From Gemmatimonadota bacterium (GTDB lineage Bacteria > Gemmatimonadota > Gemmatimonadetes > Palauibacterales > Palauibacteraceae), in contig JAVVDU010000008.1 of NCBI GenBank assembly GCA_032251515.1, forward strand, positions 14,007-78,006: DNA of 64,000 nucleotides. The letters run 5' to 3'. Positions 10,301 to 18,540 of this stretch are shown here, in pieces; the first letter of the stretch is position 1; each line of letters opens with the position of its first letter. The notes beneath the pieces were generated by a model that was not told where the DNA came from, did no database searches, and was given only the letters and a program-made list of their open reading frames with translations. Made by a program: the position numbers and the translations under genes.

Positions 10301-10714
10301 GGGCAGGTGGTCACGGCGGCGCAGCAGTGGACCGCGCTCGACGCGTTCATCGAGCAGGACGACTACCTGAACGAGAACCGCGGCCGGATCGCCGAGCGCT
10401 TCGGGCTCCTGAACCCGTGGTACCAGACGCTCGACATGCGGATCCTGCAGGACATCAAGTTCCCGATGGGCGGCCGCACGAGCACGATCCAGCTCAGCCT
10501 GGACGTGCTGAACCTCACGAACCTGCTGAACTCGAGCTGGGGTGTCCGGAAGGTGGCCACCACGGCCGCCACGAGCCCCCTGCGGCTCGTCGGGTTCGAC
10601 GAGGACGGGGCGCCGCAGCTGAACTTCAACATGGTCGAAGAGACGTTCATCGACGACCCGAGCATCTCGTCCCGCTGGCAGATCCAGCTGGGCGCGCGCT
10701 ACCTGTTCAACTGA
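7343..10714 (+). CDS. TonB-dependent receptor, Oar-like, with N-terminal carboxypeptidase-regulatory-like domain
   Basis: GGAGG SD; signal peptide; GTVGGIVTDQTGAPLVGAVV; plug motif PFDVRQGGFTGASVNTVTKSGTN; C-terminal QIQLGARYLF barrel signal. Confidence 0.92.
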   Translation: MRRTASVSGAARGARPTTPPGALLRRGAAAALLLFGAALPLQGQGVTTGTVGGIVTDQTGAPLVGAVVTARHLPSGTEYQSVTRAGGVYTIPGMRVGGPYRVTARFLGYGEQERQNIQVSLGQEERIDFLLAQEAIELEAISVEAQRDDILNANRTGAETVIDPATVAAQPSVKRSTRDLIKIDPRNDGNFAFAGRNWLFNNITLDGSYFNNPFGLDDPAPGGQTAAEPVPFDAVEQVYVAIAPFDVRQGGFTGASVNTVTKSGTNEWAGTVYSFFRNEGLQGDEIDGRQVIADPDLTFNQTGFSLGGPLLRDKLFVFVNGEIERRDDPGTNFVPRVGGAPAAFGESRVQQSVLDAISERMLTEYGYVTGPFAGFVHETDNDKILAKLDWNVSQAHNLSFRYNFLDARRDLPPNATVLSFNGSGRGPNESSLPSQNSGYQINNELNSFALELNSRGSSWANRFFTSYNRFRDFRVANSAPFPTVEIGEGGVTYTTVGHEPFSIGNNLDQDIWQFQNDFTKFFGRHTLTLGGSFERYSFFNSFNIFRHGVFFLPAGIDFEGDGCPNTSTFASLDDFFAATDPANPNQFDFNCMVASGPFKGETIDLGQASVYLQDAWTVTSRLTLTGGLRVDLPIYYTDPVDNPFSRNLVTRDEDGVIRQSGGIDQSDLPGTSPLWSPRIGFNYALAEDRSTQIRGGTGIFTGRVPFVWAGNVISNPGTNPNLFAPTNPDVELIVTDGPRENSEGEPFVLQQTFDVNAMPDDFDWPQVWVSNFGIDHLLPGGVLGTAELIYGNDVNAIVMRNFDLVAPVGTNPIDGRPFYGGAGANELNPDGGAGIYVIDNSSDGWNVNVTAQLRKAFDFGLAVQGSYSYSDARNQLKSTEIASVLWQENPVQGDPNNPETSFSQFNQRHRIVVAGNWTKEWSDRFTTHFGLFFEVAEGNQHLVSGGNRFSFIYSGDVNGDGSGANDLIYIPRDESEIRLVDFTNSEGQVVTAAQQWTALDAFIEQDDYLNENRGRIAERFGLLNPWYQTLDMRILQDIKFPMGGRTSTIQLSLDVLNLTNLLNSSWGVRKVATTAATSPLRLVGFDEDGAPQLNFNMVEETFIDDPSISSRWQIQLGARYLFN

Positions 10715-10723
10715 GCCAGGAGC

Positions 10724-10818
10724 CCCCGGGCGCCGCACGACCGCGGCGTCCGGGGACTTCGGCTCGCACCGGCTGCACGCGCGGGCGCCGCCCCGGCATT
10801 TCGGGGGCGGCGCCCGCG
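10724..10818. terminator. Two GC-rich hairpins after the TBDR gene (terminator or mRNA-stabilising structure)
   Basis: CCCCGGGCGCCGC/GCGGCGTCCGGGG (10724-10755) and a 15-bp stem CGCGGGCGCCGCCCC/GGGGCGGCGCCCGCG (10780-10818). No clear U-tract. Confidence 0.5.
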
Positions 10819-10915
10819 TGCATCCGGCTTGCGACGCGGCATGCGCCGGCGCGACATTCGGCGGCAGGGCGGCCGCGGACGAGACCGCTCCGAACCCCTG
10901 ACAGGACGATCCCCG

Positions 10916-12586
10916 ATGCGCATCCCCGGCCCCGCTCTCGCCCTGCTTCTCCTCGTCTCTCCCTGCTCCGGACAGGAGGCGGGGGAGCCGCCCGATCCGT
11001 ACGACTCTGGCGGGCGGCTGGACGCGAGCCAGGCGGCCTACGACGTGGAGTTCTACGACCTCGCGGTGCGGCTGGAGCCGCGTGACAGCACGCTCGCGGG
11101 CACCCTGACCTTGACCGCCCGCCTGGTGGCGGTCGAGCCCGCGATCTCGCTGGACCTGGACCCGCGGCTGGAGGTGCGGGAGGTGACGGCCGCCGTGGAG
11201 CACGCCCCGTCCGCCGCCGCGGACTGGTCCCGGGACCGGGGCCGGATCCGCGTACCGCTGCCGGAAGGGATCGCCGCCGGTGACCGGTTCACCGTCCGGG
11301 TCGAGTACGGCGGGCGCCCGCGCGTCGCGCCGCGGCCTCCCTGGGACGGCGGCGTCACGTGGGCCCGGACGCCGTCGGGCGCGCCCTGGATCGCCACGTC
11401 GAACCAGACGATCGGCGCCGACGTGTGGTGGCCCGTGAAGGACCACATCTCCGACAAGCCGGATTCGGTGGCCCTGCACGTCACGGTGCCCGATCCGCTG
11501 GTCGTCGCCACCAACGGGCGATCGCGGGGGACGGAGCCGGCCGGCGAGGGCTGGACGACGTGGCACTGGTTCGTCTCCACGCCGATCTCCGTCTACAACG
11601 TGGCCCTGAACATCGCGCCGTACGTCCGTCTCGACACGACGGTCGCGAGCGTGGCGGGCGACACGTTTCCCGTCTCCTTCTGGGTGCTCCCGGAGAGCGA
11701 GGAGGCGGGCCGCGCGTTCCTGCCGGAGATCGTGCGGCAGCTGCGCTGGTTCGAGGAGACGCTGGGCCCGTACCCCTTCCGGGCCGACAAGTACGGGGTC
11801 GCCCAGACGCCGCACCTCGGGATGGAGCACCAGACGATCATTGCGTACGGGGCGGACTTCGCGAACGGCGCGATGACCGGCGGCGTGGACTGGGGCTTCG
11901 ACGCGCTGCACCACCACGAGCTGTCGCACGAGTGGTGGGGCAACCTGGTGACGAACGCGGACTGGAAGGACATGTGGCTGCACGAGGGATTCGGAACGTA
12001 CATGCAGGCGCTGTACGTCCTGGACCTCCAGGGGGAGGCGCGCTACCTGGAGTACATGCGGAGCCTCCGCCCGCGGATCGGGAACCGGAAGCCCGTGGCG
12101 CCCCGCGAGGTCACGTCAGCGCGGGACATCTACGACGGGCACGACATCTACTTCAAGGGCGCCTGGATCCTTCACACCCTCCGCTGGAAGATCGGCGACG
12201 AGGCTCTACGCCGGGCCCTGCGCCGCATGGCCTACCCGGACGAGGCGCGCCGGCGTGCCGTGGACGGGTCGCAGGTACGGTTCGCGGACACAGAGGAGTT
12301 CCGCCGCATCGCGGAGGAGGCGTCGGGCGAGGACCTGGAGCGCTTCTTCGAGGTCTACGTGTACGGCGCCGGCCTGCCCGAGCTCGAGGTGTCGCGCGGC
12401 GAGGAGACCGTGGAGCTCGCCTGGCGCGCCCCGGACGGGAAGCCGTTCGAGCTTCCCGTCCCGGTCCGGGTGGGCGGCGAGCTGCGGCGGGTCGAGATGC
12501 CCGGGGGGCGCGCGACCGTGGAGGCGCCCGGCGGCTCGGCGGTCATCGATCCGGAGGGCCGGATCCTGTACGAGAGCGGGCACTGA
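10916..12586 (+). CDS. M1 family zinc aminopeptidase, exported
   Basis: Signal peptide after ATG 10916; GMEH and HELSHEWWGN...WLHEGF (HExxH-18-E); YFKGAW. Confidence 0.92.
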   Translation: MRIPGPALALLLLVSPCSGQEAGEPPDPYDSGGRLDASQAAYDVEFYDLAVRLEPRDSTLAGTLTLTARLVAVEPAISLDLDPRLEVREVTAAVEHAPSAAADWSRDRGRIRVPLPEGIAAGDRFTVRVEYGGRPRVAPRPPWDGGVTWARTPSGAPWIATSNQTIGADVWWPVKDHISDKPDSVALHVTVPDPLVVATNGRSRGTEPAGEGWTTWHWFVSTPISVYNVALNIAPYVRLDTTVASVAGDTFPVSFWVLPESEEAGRAFLPEIVRQLRWFEETLGPYPFRADKYGVAQTPHLGMEHQTIIAYGADFANGAMTGGVDWGFDALHHHELSHEWWGNLVTNADWKDMWLHEGFGTYMQALYVLDLQGEARYLEYMRSLRPRIGNRKPVAPREVTSARDIYDGHDIYFKGAWILHTLRWKIGDEALRRALRRMAYPDEARRRAVDGSQVRFADTEEFRRIAEEASGEDLERFFEVYVYGAGLPELEVSRGEETVELAWRAPDGKPFELPVPVRVGGELRRVEMPGGRATVEAPGGSAVIDPEGRILYESGH

Positions 12587-12608
12587 TCCCCGCGAGCCGG
12601 ACCGCGGC

Positions 12609-13673
12609 TCAGCCGCCGAACAGCGTCCCCTCGAAGCTCGAGAGCCCGGCCGCGTCGCGCACCGTCATGCGCGGCAGGCCGCGGTCGGGGTAGCTCCAGG
12701 CGGCACCGTACTCCCCCTCGCGGTTCACGGCGACGAACTTCTCGCCGGGCATGAAGTCGTTGCCGATCGCCGCGTAGCGCCGGCGGATCATCGCCAGCGC
12801 GTCCTCGCAGGCCTCCTGGGGAGAGCGCCCGGCCCGCATCCGCTCGACCATGAAGTACGAGGCGCAGGACTTGATCACGTCCTCGCCGCGCCCCGTCGCG
12901 CCGGCGGCGCCCACCTCGTTGTCCACGTACAGGCCGGCCCCGATGATCGGCGAATCGCCGATCCGGCCGGGGATCTTCCAGCTCAGGCCGCTGGTGCTCG
13001 TGATGCCGGCCACGTCGCCCCGTCCGTCCACCGCGAGCACGTTCACCGTGCCGTACGTGAATTCCTCCGTCGCGGGCAGACGGGCGTCCCGACGCTCGGC
13101 GAGGTGGTCCGGCGGACCCCAGTCGTCCGTCGCCCCCCGGTTCTCGCGCCACCGCAGCCAGATCTGCCGGGCCTTCTCGGTGAGAAGCTCCTCCTCGCGG
13201 AACCCGAACGAGAGGGCGAAGTCCCGCGCGCCGCGCCCGACCAGCAGCACGTGGTCGGTCCGCTCCATGACGAGACGGGCGACGGAGGACGGGGTCCGGA
13301 TCCCCTCCAGGGCGGCGACGGCGCCCGCGTTGTAGGTCCGGCCGTCCATGATCGAAGCGTCGAGCTGGACCACGCCGTCCTCGTTCGGCAGGCCGCCGTA
13401 TCCGACCGACGTGTCCTCGGGGTCGACCTCGATGACGTTCGTCGCCGTCTCGACGGCGTCGAGGGCGGAGCCTCCCGCCGTGAGAACCTCCCAGGCCGCC
13501 TCGGCGGCCCGGCGCCCCGTCTCGTTCGCGTGACTCGTCACGAGGATCGGGACGGAGCCCGTCCCGCCGCGGCGAGGGGTCGCGTCGAGGCCGAGAGCCC
13601 GGGCGAGGACGGCGCCCGCTCCCAAGCCCGCTCCGCGCCCCAGGAATCCGCGCCGGCTGATCGGTGAAGGCAT
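12609..13673 (-). CDS. N(4)-(beta-N-acetylglucosaminyl)-L-asparaginase / Ntn-hydrolase with Tat signal
   Basis: SRRGFLG twin-arginine signal; SVGYGGLPN, LDASIMDG, nucleophile GTV, TSTSG, GRIGDSPIIGAG, ATGRGE. Confidence 0.9.
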   Translation of the reverse strand: MPSPISRRGFLGRGAGLGAGAVLARALGLDATPRRGGTGSVPILVTSHANETGRRAAEAAWEVLTAGGSALDAVETATNVIEVDPEDTSVGYGGLPNEDGVVQLDASIMDGRTYNAGAVAALEGIRTPSSVARLVMERTDHVLLVGRGARDFALSFGFREEELLTEKARQIWLRWRENRGATDDWGPPDHLAERRDARLPATEEFTYGTVNVLAVDGRGDVAGITSTSGLSWKIPGRIGDSPIIGAGLYVDNEVGAAGATGRGEDVIKSCASYFMVERMRAGRSPQEACEDALAMIRRRYAAIGNDFMPGEKFVAVNREGEYGAAWSYPDRGLPRMTVRDAAGLSSFEGTLFGG

Positions 13674-13912
13674 GACTTCCTCCGCGCTCTGGAGACTTCC
13701 GGGCCGCCGTGCGGTCCGGGCCGGCCGCCGCGCCGGTCCGCGGGAACATAGGCCGCTCCGACTCCCGCGTCGACGTCGCGCGTTTCCGGAGCCGACGCGG
13801 GCGTCCGGCGGGCGTCGCACGTTTGCCCGCGCAGCGACCGATCGGCAGCTTGGACAGAGAACATCCATGCCCCTCGGGGCGATCCGCACCGTGCAGCGCC
13901 GGAGACCTCGAC

Positions 13913-15313
13913 GTGAGCCCGCTCAGCCGTTTCGTCCTCGTCGCCAATCGCCTCCCCGTCCGCTGGGACGAGGAGACCTCGGAGTGGCAGGTCAGCCCGG
14001 GCGGGCTCGTCAGCGCCCTCACCCCCGTCCTGCGCGAGCGGGACGGCGTGTGGGTCGGCTGGACGGGGATCGCCGACTTCCAGCCCGCGCCGTTCGACGA
14101 GGGGGGCATCCACCTCCATCCCGTCCCGGTCCATGCCGCCGAGGTCGAGCCCTACTACCACGGCTTCTGCAACGGAACGCTCTGGCCCCTCTACCACAAC
14201 GCGATCCGCAGCCCGGAATTCCACCGCCACTGGTGGTGGCCCTACCACTACGTGAACCGGCGGTTCGCGGACGTCGCGGCCAAACGCCTCGCGCCGGAGG
14301 GCGTGTGCTGGGTGCAGGACTACCAGATGCAGCTCGTACCGGCGATGCTCCGTGAGCATCGTCCCGGTGCCACGATCGGGTTCTTCCTGCACATCCCGTT
14401 TCCGCCCGTCGAGCTGTTCGCGTACCTGCCGTGGCGGCACGCCGTGATCGAGGGCCTGCTCGGCTCCGACGTGGTCGCCTTCCAGACCCGGCAGAGCCTC
14501 GAGAACTTCGCCGATGCCGCCCGGATGTTCGGGGGCGCGGAGCGCCACGGCGACGTGCTCCGCCACGAGGGCAGGCGGATCCGACTCCAGGCGTCGCCGA
14601 TCTCGATCGACACCGAGAAGTTCGAGCGCCTGGCGGCCGACCCCGAGGTGGAGCGGATGTCCGCCGACATCCGGTCAGACGTGGGGCCGGGCCGGAAGAT
14701 CGTGCTCGGCGTGGACCGCCTCGACTACACGAAGGGCATCGGCATCCGTCTCAAGGCCGTGCAGACCTTCTTCCAGGCGGCCCGCGACATGGGGCGCCTG
14801 GAGCGCGGGCGGGAGCCGGTACTCATCCAGCTGTCCGTTCCCAGCCGCGAGGAGGTCTCGGAGTACGCCTTGATGCGGGAGGAAGTCGAAGGGCTGGTCG
14901 GGCGGATCAACGGCGAGCTCGGCCGGCCGGGCTGGACTCCCATCACGTACATGTACCGCCAGCTGGCTCAGCCGGAACTGGTCGCCTACTACCGGGCCGC
15001 GGACGTGATGCTGGTCACGCCCCTGGCCGACGGGATGAACCTGGTGGCCAAGGAATACGTCGCCACGCGGCTCGATGACACGGGAACGCTCGTCCTGAGC
15101 GAGTTCGCCGGCGCGGCCGCGGAGCTCGAGAAGGCCCTCCTCGTCAACCCCATGGACGTGGACGGCCTCGCACACCGGCTTCTCGATGCGCTGGCCCTGT
15201 CGCCCGTGGAGCAGCGCGGCCGGATGGCGACGATGCGGCGGGCCGTGCGGGAGAACGACGTGTTCGCGTGGTCCCGCCGCTGCCTGGAGGCGCTGGAGGA
15301 GGAGGCTGGCTGA
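13913..15313 (+). CDS. otsA: Trehalose-6-phosphate synthase
   Basis: GTG start with GGAG SD; VANRLP, SPGGLVSAL, WVGWTG, LWPLYH, FLHIPFP, GVDRLDYTKGI, DGMNLVAKEY, LSEFAGAA. Confidence 0.95.
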   Translation: MSPLSRFVLVANRLPVRWDEETSEWQVSPGGLVSALTPVLRERDGVWVGWTGIADFQPAPFDEGGIHLHPVPVHAAEVEPYYHGFCNGTLWPLYHNAIRSPEFHRHWWWPYHYVNRRFADVAAKRLAPEGVCWVQDYQMQLVPAMLREHRPGATIGFFLHIPFPPVELFAYLPWRHAVIEGLLGSDVVAFQTRQSLENFADAARMFGGAERHGDVLRHEGRRIRLQASPISIDTEKFERLAADPEVERMSADIRSDVGPGRKIVLGVDRLDYTKGIGIRLKAVQTFFQAARDMGRLERGREPVLIQLSVPSREEVSEYALMREEVEGLVGRINGELGRPGWTPITYMYRQLAQPELVAYYRAADVMLVTPLADGMNLVAKEYVATRLDDTGTLVLSEFAGAAAELEKALLVNPMDVDGLAHRLLDALALSPVEQRGRMATMRRAVRENDVFAWSRRCLEALEEEAG

Positions 15314-15348
15314 CGGCCGGCCGCGAACGAACCGGAGAGGAGAGCACG

Positions 15349-16389
15349 TTGCGATACCGACTGCTGGGGCGTAGCGGCCTGCGCGTCTCCGAGCTGGCGC
15401 TCGGCACGATGACGTTCGGCGAAGAGTGGGACTGGGGAGCCTCGAAGGAAGAGTCGAAGCGGCTGTTCGACGCATACGCCGAGGCCGGGGGAAACTTCCT
15501 CGACACGGCCAACCTGTACACCGGGGGCACGAGCGAGCGCTGGGTGGGCGAGTTCGTCGCATCCGACCGGGACCACTGGGTGGTGGCGACCAAGTACACA
15601 CTGTCCACCCGCCGGGACGATCCGAACTTCAGCGGCAACCACCGCAAGAACATGGTCCAGGCCTGCGAGGCCAGCCTGCGCAGCCTCGACACCGACCGGA
15701 TCGACCTCTACTGGGTGCACGCATGGGACTTCATGACCCCGGTCGAGGAGGTGATGCGCGGCCTCGACGATCTCGTGCGGGCCGGCAAGATCCTGTACGC
15801 CGGGATCTCGGACACGCCCGCCTGGATCGTGTCGCGCGCCAACACGATCGCCGACTTCCGGGGCTGGACGCCCTTCGTGGGACTCCAGATCCGTTACAGC
15901 CTCATCGACCGCAGCGCGGAGGCCGACCTCCTTCCCATGGCCCGGGCGCTGGACCTCGGCGTCACGCCGTGGAGCGTGCTGGGCGCCGGGGTCCTCACGG
16001 GCAAGTACAATGCGGGCGACGGGCCGGCGGACGGCCGGGCCGCGAAGGGGGCGGCCACGAAGGAGCGGAACCTGCGGATCGCCCGGGCGGTGGCGGACGT
16101 GGCGGACGAGATCGGCTGCACGCCGTCGCAGGTGGCCATCGCGTGGGCCCGGCGCGGGCCGGGCGTCGTCGTTCCCCTGCTGGGAGCCCGCGACCTCCGG
16201 CAGCTGGAAGAGAACCTGGGCGCCCGCGACGTGAAGCTCTCCGACGTCCAGGTGGCCCGCCTGGACGAGATCAGCCGTCCGGAGCTCGGGTTTCCGCACG
16301 ATTTCCTCGCGGACCCGAAGACGCGGGACATCGTGACGGGCGGCACCGCGGACCGGATCGACGACCACCGCGGCGGGGCCGTCGGCTGA
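15349..16389 (+). CDS. Aldo/keto reductase
   Basis: TTG start after GAGGAG; LGRSGLRVSELALGTMTFG, DTANLY, ATK, IDLYWVH, GKILYAGISD. Confidence 0.93.
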   Translation: MRYRLLGRSGLRVSELALGTMTFGEEWDWGASKEESKRLFDAYAEAGGNFLDTANLYTGGTSERWVGEFVASDRDHWVVATKYTLSTRRDDPNFSGNHRKNMVQACEASLRSLDTDRIDLYWVHAWDFMTPVEEVMRGLDDLVRAGKILYAGISDTPAWIVSRANTIADFRGWTPFVGLQIRYSLIDRSAEADLLPMARALDLGVTPWSVLGAGVLTGKYNAGDGPADGRAAKGAATKERNLRIARAVADVADEIGCTPSQVAIAWARRGPGVVVPLLGARDLRQLEENLGARDVKLSDVQVARLDEISRPELGFPHDFLADPKTRDIVTGGTADRIDDHRGGAVG

Positions 16390-16396
16390 GCCCGTC

Positions 16397-16423
16397 CCCC
16401 GGCGCTTCCCGGCAGCGCCGGGG
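16397..16423. terminator. Hairpin between convergent genes
   Basis: CCCCGGCGCT-7 nt loop-AGCGCCGGGG (10-bp stem) between the AKR (+) and PCuAC (-) stop codons. Confidence 0.45.
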
Positions 16424-16470
16424 CCATCGCTCCGGTCTGCCGGCGGCGGCGGTGACCGGGCGCGTCGCGG

Positions 16471-16941
16471 TCAGAGGGGCCGGACGGGCACCCGGACCCG
16501 CAGCTCGCCGGACCGCTCGAACTCGAGCGTGACCTCGATGGTGTCCCCCGGGGCCAGGGACGCGGCGAGGCCCATCAGCATCAGGTGCCGTCCGCCCGGC
16601 TCGAACCGCACCTCCGCGCCGGCGGGCACCTCCACGGCGTCCAGGTGGCGCATGCCGGCCACGCCCCGCTCGTCCACGAACGTCTCGTGGATCATGGTGC
16701 GATCCGCTCCCGCGTACCGGGCGGCCACGAGCCGGTCGGCCTGCCCGCCGTGGTTCGCGGCCGTGAAATAGACGGCGCCGTTCGACGGGGCGTCCGGCGC
16801 GACGGCCGCGGCGCGCGCCCACGCCTCGGTCACCTGGAGCTCCGGTTCCCCGGGCGTCTCCCCGGCGCCCCCGCAGGCCGCCGCGGCGGCGGCCAGGAGG
16901 ATGGCCGGGAGCACGGCCGGGGTCCGTCTGCGCGGTCTCAT
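16471..16941 (-). CDS. Periplasmic copper chaperone PCu(A)C, lipoprotein
   Basis: Lipobox AAAC; AWARA, HET...M, FEPGGRHLMLMGL; GGAGG SD. Confidence 0.92.
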   Translation of the reverse strand: MRPRRRTPAVLPAILLAAAAAACGGAGETPGEPELQVTEAWARAAAVAPDAPSNGAVYFTAANHGGQADRLVAARYAGADRTMIHETFVDERGVAGMRHLDAVEVPAGAEVRFEPGGRHLMLMGLAASLAPGDTIEVTLEFERSGELRVRVPVRPL

Positions 16942-16952
16942 GAATCCCTCCT

Positions 16953-17666
16953 TCAGTCCGACAGCAGGAAACGCAGGTCGGCGGCCATCTCCTCGGCCGT
17001 CGCCGGCCCGCCCCAGATGAGACGGAGCCGTCCGTCGCGGTCCAGTGCGAGGATGGTGGCGGAGTGGTCCACCAGGTAGAAGTCGTCGTCCCCGCCGGCG
17101 CGATCGCCGCCCGCGGCATTCCCCCCGTCCGTGTCCTCCTGCGGCGCGGCGCGGGCGAAGAAGATGCCGAACGAGGACGCCACGTCGGCGATCGCCTGCG
17201 GCGATCCGGACAGGCCTGTGAACGACGGATCGAAGCCCCGCGCGTAGGCCGTCGCCCGCTCCGGGGTGTCCCGCTCCGGGTCCACCGACACGAACACGAC
17301 GCGCACCCCGTCCCCCGCCGGGCCGAGCAGCTCCCGGGCCTGGCGCAGCCGCTGCAGGGTGAAGGGGCAGATGTCCGGACAGAACGTGTAGCCGAAGAAC
17401 AGGACGGTCACGGTGCCGCGCAGGTCCGCCGAGGACACCGGGCCATCGCCCGACGCGAGCGTGAACTCCGGCACGGGCATCGGAGGCTCGATCAGCGATC
17501 CGTGCAGCGCGCCGGCGTCCCCCGCCCCGGCGCGGCCGACCACCAGGCCGCCCGCCGCGGCGAGGGCGACGAGCAGGGCCGTCGACGCCCAGAGCAGCGC
17601 CGGGCGCGGGCGTCCGCGGCGGGCCGACGGCGGCGTCTCCCGGGGCCCGGCGATGGAGTCCGTCAT
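16953..17666 (-). CDS. SCO family copper chaperone (canonical)
   Basis: FFGYTFCPDICP (CxxxC), VSVDPERDTP, VDHS with the conserved His; N-terminal TM helix; GGAGG SD. Confidence 0.93.
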   Translation of the reverse strand: MTDSIAGPRETPPSARRGRPRPALLWASTALLVALAAAGGLVVGRAGAGDAGALHGSLIEPPMPVPEFTLASGDGPVSSADLRGTVTVLFFGYTFCPDICPFTLQRLRQARELLGPAGDGVRVVFVSVDPERDTPERATAYARGFDPSFTGLSGSPQAIADVASSFGIFFARAAPQEDTDGGNAAGGDRAGGDDDFYLVDHSATILALDRDGRLRLIWGGPATAEEMAADLRFLLSD

Positions 17667-17683
17667 CGGATCCTCCCCCCCGT

Positions 17684-18352
17684 TCAGTTCGAGTAGCAGG
17701 ACAGGAAATGGGCCGCCTCGTAGGCGAACCGCATCGCGCCCCCGGCGCGGGCCTCCACCGCCAGCTCGCGCATGTGGCCGAGGATCCGCTGCGGATCCGG
17801 CGCGCCGAGCCGATACTCCACCCGGCGGATGCCCAGTCCGTCGACTAGCACGAGCACCGGGTCGTAGCGGAACGCCCCGTCCGCCTGCCGCTCGTACCAG
17901 ACGCCGAACGCCTCTCCCACCAGGCGCCGCGCCGCGGTCGTGTCGGTCGGCACCGCGAAGCTCCACGTGCCGGGGCGCGCCCCGGCGGCCCGGGCGGCGG
18001 CCTGCAGCGTCGCCGGTGCGTCGTTCGCCGGGTCGAACGACACCGTCACGAGTCGCACCGGCGGCGCCCCGGGGAGCTCGGCCAGCCCCTCCTGCACGGC
18101 GGCCATCGCCGACACCACTCCCCGGCACCCGTCGGCGCACGTCCCGTGGGCGAACCCGTACAGCGTCATGTGGCCCTTCAGGTCGTCGCTCGTCAGGCGC
18201 CGACCGTCCTCGTCGGTCAGGGCGAGCCCTGGCGCCACGGACAGGCGGGGGATCACGGTGACGGGACGGAAGGCGACGAAGGCGGCGGGTGCCGCGGCGA
18301 CGACGAGCAGGACCGCCGCGAGGGCGATCTGCCAGGGCCGGAGACGGGTCAC
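17684..18352 (-). CDS. SCO-like thioredoxin-fold protein (divergent)
   Basis: N-terminal TM helix; LTDEDGR, CADGC (CxxxC), VSFDPANDAP; distal His absent. Confidence 0.8.
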   Translation of the reverse strand: MTRLRPWQIALAAVLLVVAAAPAAFVAFRPVTVIPRLSVAPGLALTDEDGRRLTSDDLKGHMTLYGFAHGTCADGCRGVVSAMAAVQEGLAELPGAPPVRLVTVSFDPANDAPATLQAAARAAGARPGTWSFAVPTDTTAARRLVGEAFGVWYERQADGAFRYDPVLVLVDGLGIRRVEYRLGAPDPQRILGHMRELAVEARAGGAMRFAYEAAHFLSCYSN

Positions 18353-18540
18353 GGGACGGATTCTCTACCCGGAGTCGAAAGCGCGATGGGCGGGGCCGCG
18401 GCCCCGTCGGCCCGGCGAACATACGGGCCGCACGGCGGGAGTTCCAGATGGGCGGCCCCACGGGTGGAACCGGAGGGGGCCGCCCCACGTACTGCGAGCG
18501 ACAGCCGCTTCCGATCACCCCCCGCGGGAAGGGAACCTCC

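Noticed and set aside
8519-11983. 1154-aa minus-strand ORF and many other Arg/Pro/Gly-rich overlapping ORFs in the track
   Set aside because: Shadow or alternate-frame ORFs of well-supported genes in a high-GC genome.
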